Assembly: GCA_041651055.1 (NCBI GenBank)
Contig: JBAZJW010000001.1
Location: 177,021-241,020, forward strand
DNA: 64,000 bases
Direction: 5' to 3'
DNA from: Minisyncoccota bacterium
GTDB taxonomy: Bacteria > Patescibacteriota > Minisyncoccia > Phycocordibacterales > UBA5272
The first letter of the stretch is position 1. Each line of letters begins with the position of its first letter. Shown here in pieces: positions 28,391-37,492 of this stretch. The notes below the pieces were generated by a model. The model saw nothing but the letters and a program-made list of their open reading frames with translations, searched no databases and was not told where the DNA came from. The position numbers and the translations under genes were made by a program.

Positions 28391-29017
28391 TTAATTCCTT
28401 CTCTCCAGCGCTGACTTAAACGTATCTCTATCCACGTACTCAAGTTCGAGTCCGCTCGATAGCCCTCGTGCAAGGTGTGAAAGAGTAACTTTTTCAATAC
28501 CGACAATTTGCTTAATTATCTTTTCTACATACTCCGTAGTCGTATCTCCATAATCCGTAACAGGAAGGGCAAAAATGACTTCTGTGAGGCTTTCATCTTT
28601 CAATGCGGTATGTATGTGATTCGTGAGTTCTCGTATACGTATGAGCTCAGAAGGCTTTTCTGTAAGTGGTGGCACAAGACCGCCCAAAATAAAATAGAGA
28701 CCATTGTATGAGCCTGTCTTCTCCACTGCATCTAAGTCAAGTTCTTTTTCGACAATCATCAACTCTCTATGATCACGAGAAGCATTATCGCAAATATCAC
28801 ATAAAACTTTTGCCATTTGGGCATTTTTATCACCAAAGAATCGATAGCATTTTTCGCACTGTTTACCAGTGAACTTTAATTCTTCAAGCGCTTTTATGAG
28901 CTGCTCTTTGTAATGAGAATGTTCACGCAACAAAAAATATACGAAGCGTTTTGCTTGCTTCGGACCAATGCCAGGGAATCTCATAAAGAGTTCAGTAAGT
29001 CTGTCGGTAGCGTTCAT
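28391..29017 (-). CDS. recR: recombination protein RecR
   Basis: HhH N-terminus, C4 zinc finger (CEKCYRF ... CDIC), Toprim-like C-terminus. Confidence 0.9.
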   Translation of the reverse strand: MNATDRLTELFMRFPGIGPKQAKRFVYFLLREHSHYKEQLIKALEELKFTGKQCEKCYRFFGDKNAQMAKVLCDICDNASRDHRELMIVEKELDLDAVEKTGSYNGLYFILGGLVPPLTEKPSELIRIRELTNHIHTALKDESLTEVIFALPVTDYGDTTTEYVEKIIKQIVGIEKVTLSHLARGLSSGLELEYVDRDTFKSALERRN

Positions 29018-29116
29018 AATTTTGTTAAGTATAACAAAATTCGTTATTCGTTAGTAGTTATTCGTTAGGAAATGCAAAACTAATAACGAATAACATCCTA
29101 ACGACTAACGGTATTA

Positions 29117-30595
29117 CTAGAATTCTGGTACATTCACCGTTGGCATAGAGAAGTCGCCAAACTCAGACTTTTCAACGGATACGAAAGACGTCTTCTTGTC
29201 ATCAAAGTAAAGCTCAATCATTCCTGTTGGACCGTTACGGTGCTTTTCAATCAAAATTTCTACAATGTTTTTGCGTTCTGTATTCTCGCCGTATTTATCT
29301 TCACGATGAATAAACATAACCACGTCCGCATCTTGTTCGATAGATCCTGAATCACGAAGGTCAGAAAGTCGAGGTTTACCACCACGAGATTCAACAGCAC
29401 GAGAAAGCTGCGAGAGTGCGATCACTGGAGTATTAAATTCCTTGGCAAGCGCTTTCAATGATCGAGAAATTTCTGTCACTTGGTTTACCATATTGTCATA
29501 ACTCTTGGATGTTCCCATCAACTGCAAGTAGTCCACGATAATGAGTCCGATAGGTTTGTCAGTGTTAAGTCGACGAAGTGTACTTCTCATATTCAAAATA
29601 GTATTCGCGGCTTTATCATCGACGAAAATCGGAGCCTTCATGAGCTCGTGCATGCCTTGCTGAAGGCGAGAAAACTCTTCATCAAGGGTGAGCTTCGCAG
29701 TGCGGAGTTTCCAGCTATCCACCTGAGACTGAGCCGAAAGCATACGGTCGACAAGTTGTTCCTTGCTCATTTCCAGTGAGAAAATGGCCACAGGAATACC
29801 ATGCTTCACCGCAGCGTTACGTGCAAAGTCGAGCGCGAGAGATGTCTTTCCAACAGATGGACGTGCCGCGAGAATAATGAGGTCAGATGGCTGAAAGCCA
29901 GAGAGTTTGTTGTCTAAATCTCTGAAGCCACTCGGCGTACCACGCATACCACCATCTTTTTCGGACATCTTTTCAATACGAGACCAGGTTTCATCAATCA
30001 ATTCGTTGAAACCAATAAGACGATCCGAAGATCCACCCTTGGTTGTGATTTCATAAATACTTTTTTCGGATTCTTCGAGGATAGACTCGAGTGAATCAGC
30101 TTCTTCGTAGGCTATTTCTCCAATATGAGATGTTGCCTCGATGAGCTTTCGCAGTAATTCCTTTTTTCGAACAATCTGAGCGTAGTACTTTACGTTTGCC
30201 GCCGAACCAACAAGCCCGAGAAGGTCAGATAAGTACGGTGCACCACCGATTTGATCAAATTCTTTTCTTTGACGAAGCGCAGCTGATACTGTGAGAATAT
30301 CTACTGGTTCTTTTTTGTTGACGAGCTCATCAATGACTTCATAAATAATCTGATGCTTAGCTGCATAAAAACTCTGTGCATTTACAATATCTGCAATATC
30401 AAAAAGTGCATCTGATGAGAGAAGAAGTGACCCAAGCAGTGCCTTTTCAGATTCCAAATCTTGAGGAGGAATGCGCGGACCGCGAAGAGGATCTTCTACC
30501 TGCTTTCGATCGTAGCTTTCATAATTCCCTCCGTATTTCCCACGTGAACGAGGTTTGCTTTTTGAAGAGGCGGATAGTTGGTCAAGTGGAATCAT
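29117..30595 (-). CDS. dnaB: replicative DNA helicase DnaB
   Basis: Walker A ARPSVGKTSLALDFARNAA, RecA-like C-terminal domain. Confidence 0.9.
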   Translation of the reverse strand: MIPLDQLSASSKSKPRSRGKYGGNYESYDRKQVEDPLRGPRIPPQDLESEKALLGSLLLSSDALFDIADIVNAQSFYAAKHQIIYEVIDELVNKKEPVDILTVSAALRQRKEFDQIGGAPYLSDLLGLVGSAANVKYYAQIVRKKELLRKLIEATSHIGEIAYEEADSLESILEESEKSIYEITTKGGSSDRLIGFNELIDETWSRIEKMSEKDGGMRGTPSGFRDLDNKLSGFQPSDLIILAARPSVGKTSLALDFARNAAVKHGIPVAIFSLEMSKEQLVDRMLSAQSQVDSWKLRTAKLTLDEEFSRLQQGMHELMKAPIFVDDKAANTILNMRSTLRRLNTDKPIGLIIVDYLQLMGTSKSYDNMVNQVTEISRSLKALAKEFNTPVIALSQLSRAVESRGGKPRLSDLRDSGSIEQDADVVMFIHREDKYGENTERKNIVEILIEKHRNGPTGMIELYFDDKKTSFVSVEKSEFGDFSMPTVNVPEF

Positions 30596-30929
30596 GTAGG
30601 TAAGTGTACAGGAGCAGGCAGGTCTTGCACAAAAGAAAATAGTATTGTACTCCGCGTAAAACAGTGGATTGTGGGGATAAGGGGGCAGTTTTCAGTTTGT
30701 AGCTTACAGTTTACAGAAAATACGAAATTACAAGGCGAGGCCTTGTAGTAAATAGAATAGTATTATAGAATAATAAAGCTTCACCCCCCCTTCAGCAAGG
30801 AGACTTCCACACCCACCGAGACTCGAAAAGCAAGCAGTTGCCATGTTCCTCGGTCGGGTACTTTTTATTTTCAACAGCCGAGAGTGTCGACAGTATTTGT
30901 TTGAATATTGAATATTTAATTATTAAATA

Positions 30930-32342
30930 TTACTTTGAAATCTCCTGTCCTCCTCCGGTATCTTTCACGCTATAGCCAAGCTTTTTTAATTCATCACGAA
31001 GTCGGTCTGCTTCAGCGAAGTCCTTTGCAAGACGTGCTTTCAAGCGAGCATCGAGCAATGCTTCTACATCTTTTGATACCGTCAACATTTCTTTCGAAGC
31101 TTTATGAAGAGAAAAACCAAGGATAGAACTCATTTCCATAAGAGTTGCGTACTTGTCTTCATTGTTTACCTGTTCATCTTTAAGCAGTGCCCACATTTCA
31201 GCAATACAGGTCGACGTCCCTAAGTCATCGTAAAGAGCTTCCAAAAACACCTTCGTATGGTTCTGATTCACTACACCGCTATGTGTAATGTGTTCCGCTG
31301 ACCAGTCCCATAATTTTTTGTACGCAACAGAAGACGCATCGAGCGCTTCGAAAGAGAACGCAAGTTCTTTACGGTAATGCGTTGTTAAAAGATAGTACCG
31401 AAAGGCGATAGGGTCATATCCTTTATCGACAAGTGTTTGTAATCTCAAAAACTCACCGCTTGATTTTGCCATTTTCCCTGCAGTATCATTCAAGAAATTA
31501 TTGTGCATCCAATAGTTTACGTACGTCTCACCGTTAGCACATTCACTTTGTGCTATTTCATTCGTGTGATGCACAGGAATATGATCGATACCACCTGTGT
31601 GAATATCAAAATGCGGTCCGAGAATCTTCTTTGACATCGCAGAACACTCAATATGCCAACCAGGGAAGCCTTTTCCCCAAGGAGAATCCCATTCCATTTG
31701 ACGTTGTTCATTTTTGGGGACTTGCCCTGAGCGTGTCGAATGGGAGAATTTCCACAGTGCAAAGTCGGTGATGTTTTTCTTCTCTGTATTTTCTTCTACA
31801 CGGGCACCACTTTGTAGTCCTTCTATATCTAAATGTGCGAAATCTGCATACCGTGGGAACTTTGATGTATCGAAATAGATACCATCTGAAATGGCGTAGG
31901 TGTAGCCTTTTTCTTCAAGCGTTTGCACAAGTGCAATTTGTTCAGGAATAGTATCCGTCGCTCTCGGAAAAATGTATTCACTGCGGTTGATATTAAGGAG
32001 GTCTAAACAATGAAAATATTCTTTCGTGTAAAAGTCCGCTATTTCCCACACAGTCTTACCTTCACGCTTTGAACCTTTCTCCATTTTATCTTCACCAGTA
32101 TCACCGTCAGTCACCAAATGACCAACATCTGTGATATTAATAACATGCGTAACATCATATCCAGCAGAAAGAAACATATTGTGGAGAGTATCCGCAAAAA
32201 CCACCGCGCGCATATTACCGAGGTGCTGATAATGATACACCGTCGGACCACATGAATACATACCAACCTTACCTTCAGTTATCGGTTTAAATTCTTCAGT
32301 GGTTCTAGATTTTGTATTGTGAAGTTTAATTATCGGGGTCAT
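30930..32342 (-). CDS. cysS: cysteinyl-tRNA synthetase
   Basis: MYSCGPTVYHYQHLGN (HIGH-type) and KMAKSSG (KMSKS) motifs. Confidence 0.9.
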   Translation of the reverse strand: MTPIIKLHNTKSRTTEEFKPITEGKVGMYSCGPTVYHYQHLGNMRAVVFADTLHNMFLSAGYDVTHVINITDVGHLVTDGDTGEDKMEKGSKREGKTVWEIADFYTKEYFHCLDLLNINRSEYIFPRATDTIPEQIALVQTLEEKGYTYAISDGIYFDTSKFPRYADFAHLDIEGLQSGARVEENTEKKNITDFALWKFSHSTRSGQVPKNEQRQMEWDSPWGKGFPGWHIECSAMSKKILGPHFDIHTGGIDHIPVHHTNEIAQSECANGETYVNYWMHNNFLNDTAGKMAKSSGEFLRLQTLVDKGYDPIAFRYYLLTTHYRKELAFSFEALDASSVAYKKLWDWSAEHITHSGVVNQNHTKVFLEALYDDLGTSTCIAEMWALLKDEQVNNEDKYATLMEMSSILGFSLHKASKEMLTVSKDVEALLDARLKARLAKDFAEADRLRDELKKLGYSVKDTGGGQEISK

Positions 32343-32356
32343 ATATTCCGTAAAAG

Positions 32357-33628
32357 ATGTTCCTTCATTCTATCATAAAGACAAGGTATACTGATGGCTA
32401 TATGAATGAACATCCACGTATATCTAAAAAATACATTATTCGCAGTATCGGCATAGGAGGTCTGGTCTTCGGGCTTTTTGCTTTTGGTTTTTTGATGGGA
32501 AATGCGATGGGTAGCCCAAGTTATGCATCTCAAGTAACCGGACAAATGAATAGCACCCTTCTCGGAAAGGTACAGTCAACACTTGGTGAAAAATTCGTGT
32601 TCTGGAAAGCGTCGTCAACACTTCCAACAGATAAAGAACTCGAGTACGGCATGATAAAAGGCTACGTCGAAAGTTACAAAGATCCGTACACGGTCTTTTT
32701 CCCACCAGCAGAGGCAAAAAGCTTCACTGAAAATGTACAAGGATCCTTCGGTGGTGTAGGAATGAATGTTGGCATGAAAGATGGCAACATCGTCGTTATT
32801 TCCCCACTCAAAGATTCTCCAGCAATGAAAGCCGGAATAAAGGCAGGGGATATAATCACTGCCGTAAACGATAAAAACATGGTTGGGCTTTCATCAGACG
32901 AAGCAGTGAATCTCATTCGTGGACCGATTGATACAAGTGTAAAGATAACCGTACTTCATACAGGAGGAAAGGCGGTAACAGATATCACTATTGTTCGTAA
33001 AGAAATAAAAATCCCAACAATAGATACTGAAACTAAAAATGGCGTATTCGTAATTCATTTGTATAACTTCTCTGCTGAATCTCCGGCACTTTTCGGTGGA
33101 GCATTAAATAGTTTTCTTACATCAAAGCTAAAATACCTCGTGATTGATCTTCGAGGAAACCCAGGAGGATACCTTGAGGCTGCAGTGAATATGGCAAGTT
33201 ACTTTTTGAAAGATGGAGCCGTAGTAGTGAGCGAGAGACAGGGAAAGGATGAGCTTGTTGTAAATCATAGAAGCACAGGAATTAGAGCTCTAGAAGCGTC
33301 GACAAAAGTGGTTGTCTTGATTGATGGAGGGTCAGCTTCAGCATCTGAAATATTAGCTGGAGCTTTGAAGGATTCAGCTGGCGCAAAAATTGTCGGTGAA
33401 AAGTCGTTTGGCAAAGGATCTGTGCAAGAACTTGTAAACTTTGACGATGGATCATCACTTAAAGTAACGATTGCAAAATGGTATACGCCAAACGGTGTGA
33501 ACATTTCTGTGAACGGTATCAAGCCTGACGTGGAAAGTGTTGCAACGACAACGGTAAAAGGAAAAGATGGTAAACCACTTGATGTACAACTTTTGAAAGC
33601 GATCGAGGTGGTGAAGGGGATGAGGTAA
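32357..33628 (+). CDS. ctpA: C-terminal processing protease (S41, CtpA-like) with PDZ domain
   Basis: DLRGNPGGYL and LIDGGSASASEILAGAL S41 motifs; start may instead be ATG at 32402. Confidence 0.8.
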   Translation: MFLHSIIKTRYTDGYMNEHPRISKKYIIRSIGIGGLVFGLFAFGFLMGNAMGSPSYASQVTGQMNSTLLGKVQSTLGEKFVFWKASSTLPTDKELEYGMIKGYVESYKDPYTVFFPPAEAKSFTENVQGSFGGVGMNVGMKDGNIVVISPLKDSPAMKAGIKAGDIITAVNDKNMVGLSSDEAVNLIRGPIDTSVKITVLHTGGKAVTDITIVRKEIKIPTIDTETKNGVFVIHLYNFSAESPALFGGALNSFLTSKLKYLVIDLRGNPGGYLEAAVNMASYFLKDGAVVVSERQGKDELVVNHRSTGIRALEASTKVVVLIDGGSASASEILAGALKDSAGAKIVGEKSFGKGSVQELVNFDDGSSLKVTIAKWYTPNGVNISVNGIKPDVESVATTTVKGKDGKPLDVQLLKAIEVVKGMR

Positions 33629-33676
33629 AAACAGTTTTTAGTTTCCAGTTTTTAGTTTTTAGAAAATACAAACACA

Positions 33677-33716
33677 CGAAGAAGCGCGCCTACAGCGCGC
33701 TTCTTGTATTGTATTA
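33677..33716 (+). terminator. rho-independent terminator
   Basis: 13 bp stem CGAAGAAGCGCGC/GCGCGCTTCTTG followed by TATTGTATT. Confidence 0.6.
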
Positions 33717-33796
33717 ACTCACAACCCCTAACTGCCAACTCCTAACTCTTGCCCCCACTGGGCCCCTCTGTAATTATTTGCTATAATCAACCTACT

Positions 33797-34237
33797 ATGA
33801 AAATAATTCTCCTCAAAGATACGGCAAATCTCGGTAAACGAGGCGATGTAAAAGATGTGCCAGAAGTGTATGCAATCAACGTCCTCATCAAAAAAGGTAA
33901 CGCTCTCCAAGCCACACCAGCTGAACTTCTTAAGTGGAAACAAAAGAACGAATCAGAGAAGCATAAGAAGGAAATTCAAACGAACACCTTCCTACAACTC
34001 ATTGATAAACTTCACAAAGAAAAAGTCACCATTACTGGCAAGAAGCATGATGATAAAGGACAACTCTTCGCTCAAATAAAAGATGTCGATATAGCTGATG
34101 CTATTTTTGCACTCACATCCTTTTCAATAGATCCGAAGCAAGTAACAATCTCGTCACCAATTAAATCAATCGGCGCACACATCGTAGAACTCAAACAAGG
34201 AGCACAAAAAGAAAAGATAACGATAGAGGTGAAATAA
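33797..34237 (+). CDS. rplI: 50S ribosomal protein L9
   Basis: MKIILLKDTANLGKRGDVKDV N-terminus; TATAAT 8 nt upstream of ATG. Confidence 0.85.
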   Translation: MKIILLKDTANLGKRGDVKDVPEVYAINVLIKKGNALQATPAELLKWKQKNESEKHKKEIQTNTFLQLIDKLHKEKVTITGKKHDDKGQLFAQIKDVDIADAIFALTSFSIDPKQVTISSPIKSIGAHIVELKQGAQKEKITIEVK

Positions 34238-34238
34238 C

Positions 34239-34838
34239 ATGCCAAAATTACAACTGTCAGATATTCTACAGTTCACAGAACTCCTTAATACTTTTACTGG
34301 CATAAAAAGAGTTTGTTATATACCTAAAACTAATATTCGGGAGAATGACGTAGAGCACAGCTATGGGCTTGCGATACTGGCATGGTATATAGCAGAAAAT
34401 AGCTCTATTGTTTTAGATAAAAATCTAGTTCTTAAATATGCTTTAATACATGATCTGGTAGAAGTCTACGCGGGGGATACGTATCTCTACTCTGAAAACC
34501 AAAACGACCATGATAGTAAAAAAGAAAGGGAGGAATCTGCTCGTTTACGCATACTTGAAGAGTTTCCTCTATTTAAAGATCTGCACAAAACTATCTTAGA
34601 TTATGAAAAGAGAGAAGATGAAGAAAGTCGTTTCGTTTATGTGTTAGATAAAATTCATCCCGTAATTCAAATGTATTTAGATAACGGAAGAATGTGGAAA
34701 GAACAGAAAGTCACTCTTGCTATGCTTATAGAAAAGAAAGCGGACAAAGCGCTTCTTTCTACAGAACTCTTGCCGTATTGGGATGAGTTACTAAAGCTAT
34801 TAACAGAGAGTGAGGACAAACTATTCCATAAAAAATAA
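34239..34838 (+). CDS. HD-domain phosphohydrolase (YfbR-like)
   Basis: VEHSYGLAILAW ... IHDLVEVYAGDT (H...HD...D) motifs. Confidence 0.7.
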   Translation: MPKLQLSDILQFTELLNTFTGIKRVCYIPKTNIRENDVEHSYGLAILAWYIAENSSIVLDKNLVLKYALIHDLVEVYAGDTYLYSENQNDHDSKKEREESARLRILEEFPLFKDLHKTILDYEKREDEESRFVYVLDKIHPVIQMYLDNGRMWKEQKVTLAMLIEKKADKALLSTELLPYWDELLKLLTESEDKLFHKK

Positions 34839-34867
34839 AACCGCTCAGATGAGCGGTTTTATTTTGA

Positions 34868-35158
34868 CTACTTTGTCTTTGGTTCGAGACCGACGTTTGC
34901 CACCTTCTTTCGCTTGAGTGTTCCATCAAGATGCTTCATGCGTCGTTCTGTAAATGATACCTTTCCTTCCACAAGTGCGAAAAGAGTGTGATCACGTCCA
35001 AGTCCAACGTTCTTTCCTGGCATGATTTTTGTACCACGCTGGCGAACGATAATAGCACCAGCTGACGCTGTTTCTCCAGCATAAAGCTTAGTACCAAGGT
35101 ACTTTGGCTTACTGTCTGTTAGGTTTTTTGCCGAACCTGCGGCTTTTCTTGTTGCCAT
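34868..35158 (-). CDS. rpmA: 50S ribosomal protein L27
   Basis: [29 protein letters not shown] ... [32 protein letters not shown]. Confidence 0.85.
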   Translation of the reverse strand: MATRKAAGSAKNLTDSKPKYLGTKLYAGETASAGAIIVRQRGTKIMPGKNVGLGRDHTLFALVEGKVSFTERRMKHLDGTLKRKKVANVGLEPKTK

Positions 35159-35170
35159 AGCGTATACTAA

Positions 35171-35530
35171 ATGTTAAATATTATGTTGCGTAGTATACAA
35201 GATTATGCAAAAAGAATCAATAGCAGTCTCCCGCGTGCGAATGTCTTTAGTCTTTTGATTACAGCATTATTCCTCCTTTGTTTTACGGTTTTTCTGTACA
35301 TAAAGAGGGGAGCAGACGATATTCCTGTATCTTATATACCAAACAACAGCCCTTCCACTGACCAAAAAGAAGTCGATTCACGTCCATTTGCAAGCAAAAA
35401 CGGCAAGACCTACACATTTTCATGGTGCAGTGGTAGCACGAACATTTCCCTGAAAAATAAGATTTATTTTGTGGACGAGGCTACCGCTCAAGCTTCGGGG
35501 CGTACGCTTTCAAAATTGTGTACTAAATAA
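35171..35530 (+). CDS. hypothetical membrane-anchored protein
   Basis: N-terminal TM; C-terminal [10 protein letters not shown]...[18 protein letters not shown] weakly reminiscent of Ada-type metal-binding folds. Confidence 0.3.
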   Translation: MLNIMLRSIQDYAKRINSSLPRANVFSLLITALFLLCFTVFLYIKRGADDIPVSYIPNNSPSTDQKEVDSRPFASKNGKTYTFSWCSGSTNISLKNKIYFVDEATAQASGRTLSKLCTK

Positions 35531-35722
35531 TAGTTGTCCACTTTCAACTTTATACTTTTAACTTTACACTGTGTACATATGGCAAAAAAAGAACAACACG
35601 GAACACGTGAAAAAAAGAAGGCAAAGAAGGTAGTCGTTAAATAATATAAAGTAAGCAATAAAAAATGCCCATCCGAGTAAACCCGGAGGGCGTTTGTTGA
35701 TTAAGAGGAGGGCAGACCCTGC

Positions 35723-36145
35723 TTAGTCTTGCAGTGGTAGGGCGCGAAGGATTTTCATCTCCTTGCGTACACGCAGGAATGCAAACACTGTAGCAATGGC
35801 AGCCAGCGATATGCCGCACCATGCCATGAATGATACGTAGTCAGTGTGCACATACTTTGTGATCCAGAGATACAAGAATCCTGCGATCAAAGCCCCTCCA
35901 GCGACACCAGACAACATCTTCTTCATGATAGATGCTGCTATGAAGAAGAAGGAAGCTGTGAATGATATGACCACGAATGTGGTGATCTCGTCTTCCCACT
36001 TGGGGTACAGGGTCGTCGCATCAGTTCCCAAAAAGAGCAGGACAGACCACGGCAAAAGCATCCAAAATGCGAAACCGTAGAGCATGTCTGAATATGCCTT
36101 GGAAAAGACGGGACCCCAATCAACCTTTTCAACGTCTGATTGCAT
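35723..36145 (-). CDS. hypothetical membrane protein (GC-rich insert)
   Basis: ATG preceded by AAGGAG RBS; four TM segments; about 58% GC. Confidence 0.4.
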   Translation of the reverse strand: MQSDVEKVDWGPVFSKAYSDMLYGFAFWMLLPWSVLLFLGTDATTLYPKWEDEITTFVVISFTASFFFIAASIMKKMLSGVAGGALIAGFLYLWITKYVHTDYVSFMAWCGISLAAIATVFAFLRVRKEMKILRALPLQD

Positions 36146-36159
36146 GGCAATCTCCTTGA

Positions 36160-36594
36160 CTATGTGCGGCGCAATTTCTGTGCCGCGATGTGAACGAACA
36201 AGAATACCGTCGCGATGGCCGGCAAGACCACGGCGCAGACGACCGTGATGGTGGTAGCGTAGACCGTGCCCGCCTGTGCGAACAACGCGAAGGAAGACGC
36301 TGCCCAAAACATGCTGCATGCGACCAAAAGTACCACACGTCCTTGCCTCAACTCCATAAGGTTCCACACTTGCAATAGAACCATTACAAGCGGGGTAAAG
36401 AAACACCCCGTCATGCCGATGCCCATGGACCAGAACCATTCTTGCTGCCACTCGGGCCCGCTGAGCACTGCGCGCCTGAGCACGAGGGTCAGGAGACCAA
36501 AAACAGCTGCGACGGCAGACACGCTGTAAAAACGCATCAGCCACCAGTTAAAGTACTCCAAAGCCGATTCAGGCTTTTCCAAGACGATTGTCAT
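36160..36594 (-). CDS. hypothetical membrane protein (GC-rich insert)
   Basis: ATG preceded by AAAGGAGCACCCC; four TM segments. Confidence 0.4.
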   Translation of the reverse strand: MTIVLEKPESALEYFNWWLMRFYSVSAVAAVFGLLTLVLRRAVLSGPEWQQEWFWSMGIGMTGCFFTPLVMVLLQVWNLMELRQGRVVLLVACSMFWAASSFALFAQAGTVYATTITVVCAVVLPAIATVFLFVHIAAQKLRRT

Positions 36595-36727
36595 GGGGTG
36601 CTCCTTTCTAAATAATGTTGAGCAAGTTTACAATACTATATTTTTAGTAGTCTGTCAATGAATACCCTCTATACACACATCTTAAATCTGGCGACTGATA
36701 TACTCAACACTTCACCTCCTAAAAATT

Positions 36728-37462
36728 ATGCTCGAACTATATCTCCCCATACTCATTTCACTTTTTATTATTGAAGTTTTGCTTTCTGTCGACAACGCAC
36801 TTGTAAACGCAACACTCGCAGAATCTCTTCCGGAGGAAAAACGAAAGCGCGCGATACGTATCGGTATTTTACTCGGAGCAGTTTTCCGTATCGTCGCACT
36901 TTTCTTGGTGGCGATTATTATTCAAAATGTGTGGCTAAAAGTTTTAGGAGGTCTCTATCTTGTATACCTTGCAATTGCCCATCTTGGAAAAGCGGTAACG
37001 GAAGAAGGTAAAGCCATAACCCCGAAAACCACATATCGAGGGGTCATTATACAAATCGCACTCGCAGACATTGTTTTTAGTATTGATAACGTTATTTCTG
37101 CGGTAAGTTTTTCAGAAAATATTTATATCGTCATGCTGGGTGTCGGCATCGGTGTCATCAGTATGCTTTTCATTACGCCAATTCTTTCGAAACTTATTCA
37201 CAAGTATAAAGGTATGCCACAAGCCGCATATGCAATAGTGGGGATTGTTGGAATAACACTTCTCATTGAAACACTCACAACCCTACACATAACCGAAGCT
37301 GCAAAATTCGCGATGGTTCTTGGTATTGTCTTCTTTACTATATTCTACGAACACAGTCTTAGGTTACGGAGACTTTCAAATCCGATTCTTATCAAATTAC
37401 AATATATCATTGCGCTTCCTCTGGATATCATGTACGCCATCAGAGCCCATCTCCAAAAATAA
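36728..37462 (+). CDS. TerC family membrane protein
   Basis: LSVDNALVNA and IDNVISAVS duplicated TerC motifs. Confidence 0.75.
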   Translation: MLELYLPILISLFIIEVLLSVDNALVNATLAESLPEEKRKRAIRIGILLGAVFRIVALFLVAIIIQNVWLKVLGGLYLVYLAIAHLGKAVTEEGKAITPKTTYRGVIIQIALADIVFSIDNVISAVSFSENIYIVMLGVGIGVISMLFITPILSKLIHKYKGMPQAAYAIVGIVGITLLIETLTTLHITEAAKFAMVLGIVFFTIFYEHSLRLRRLSNPILIKLQYIIALPLDIMYAIRAHLQK

Positions 37463-37492
37463 GAAAGTTGTTTCTTTTGCTATACTGATCTC

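Noticed and set aside
35938-36529. Multiple 60-90 aa ORFs in both strands of the 35.7-36.6 kb GC-rich segment
   Set aside because: These are high-GC frame artefacts. Two minus-strand genes with RBS and TM helices account for the region.
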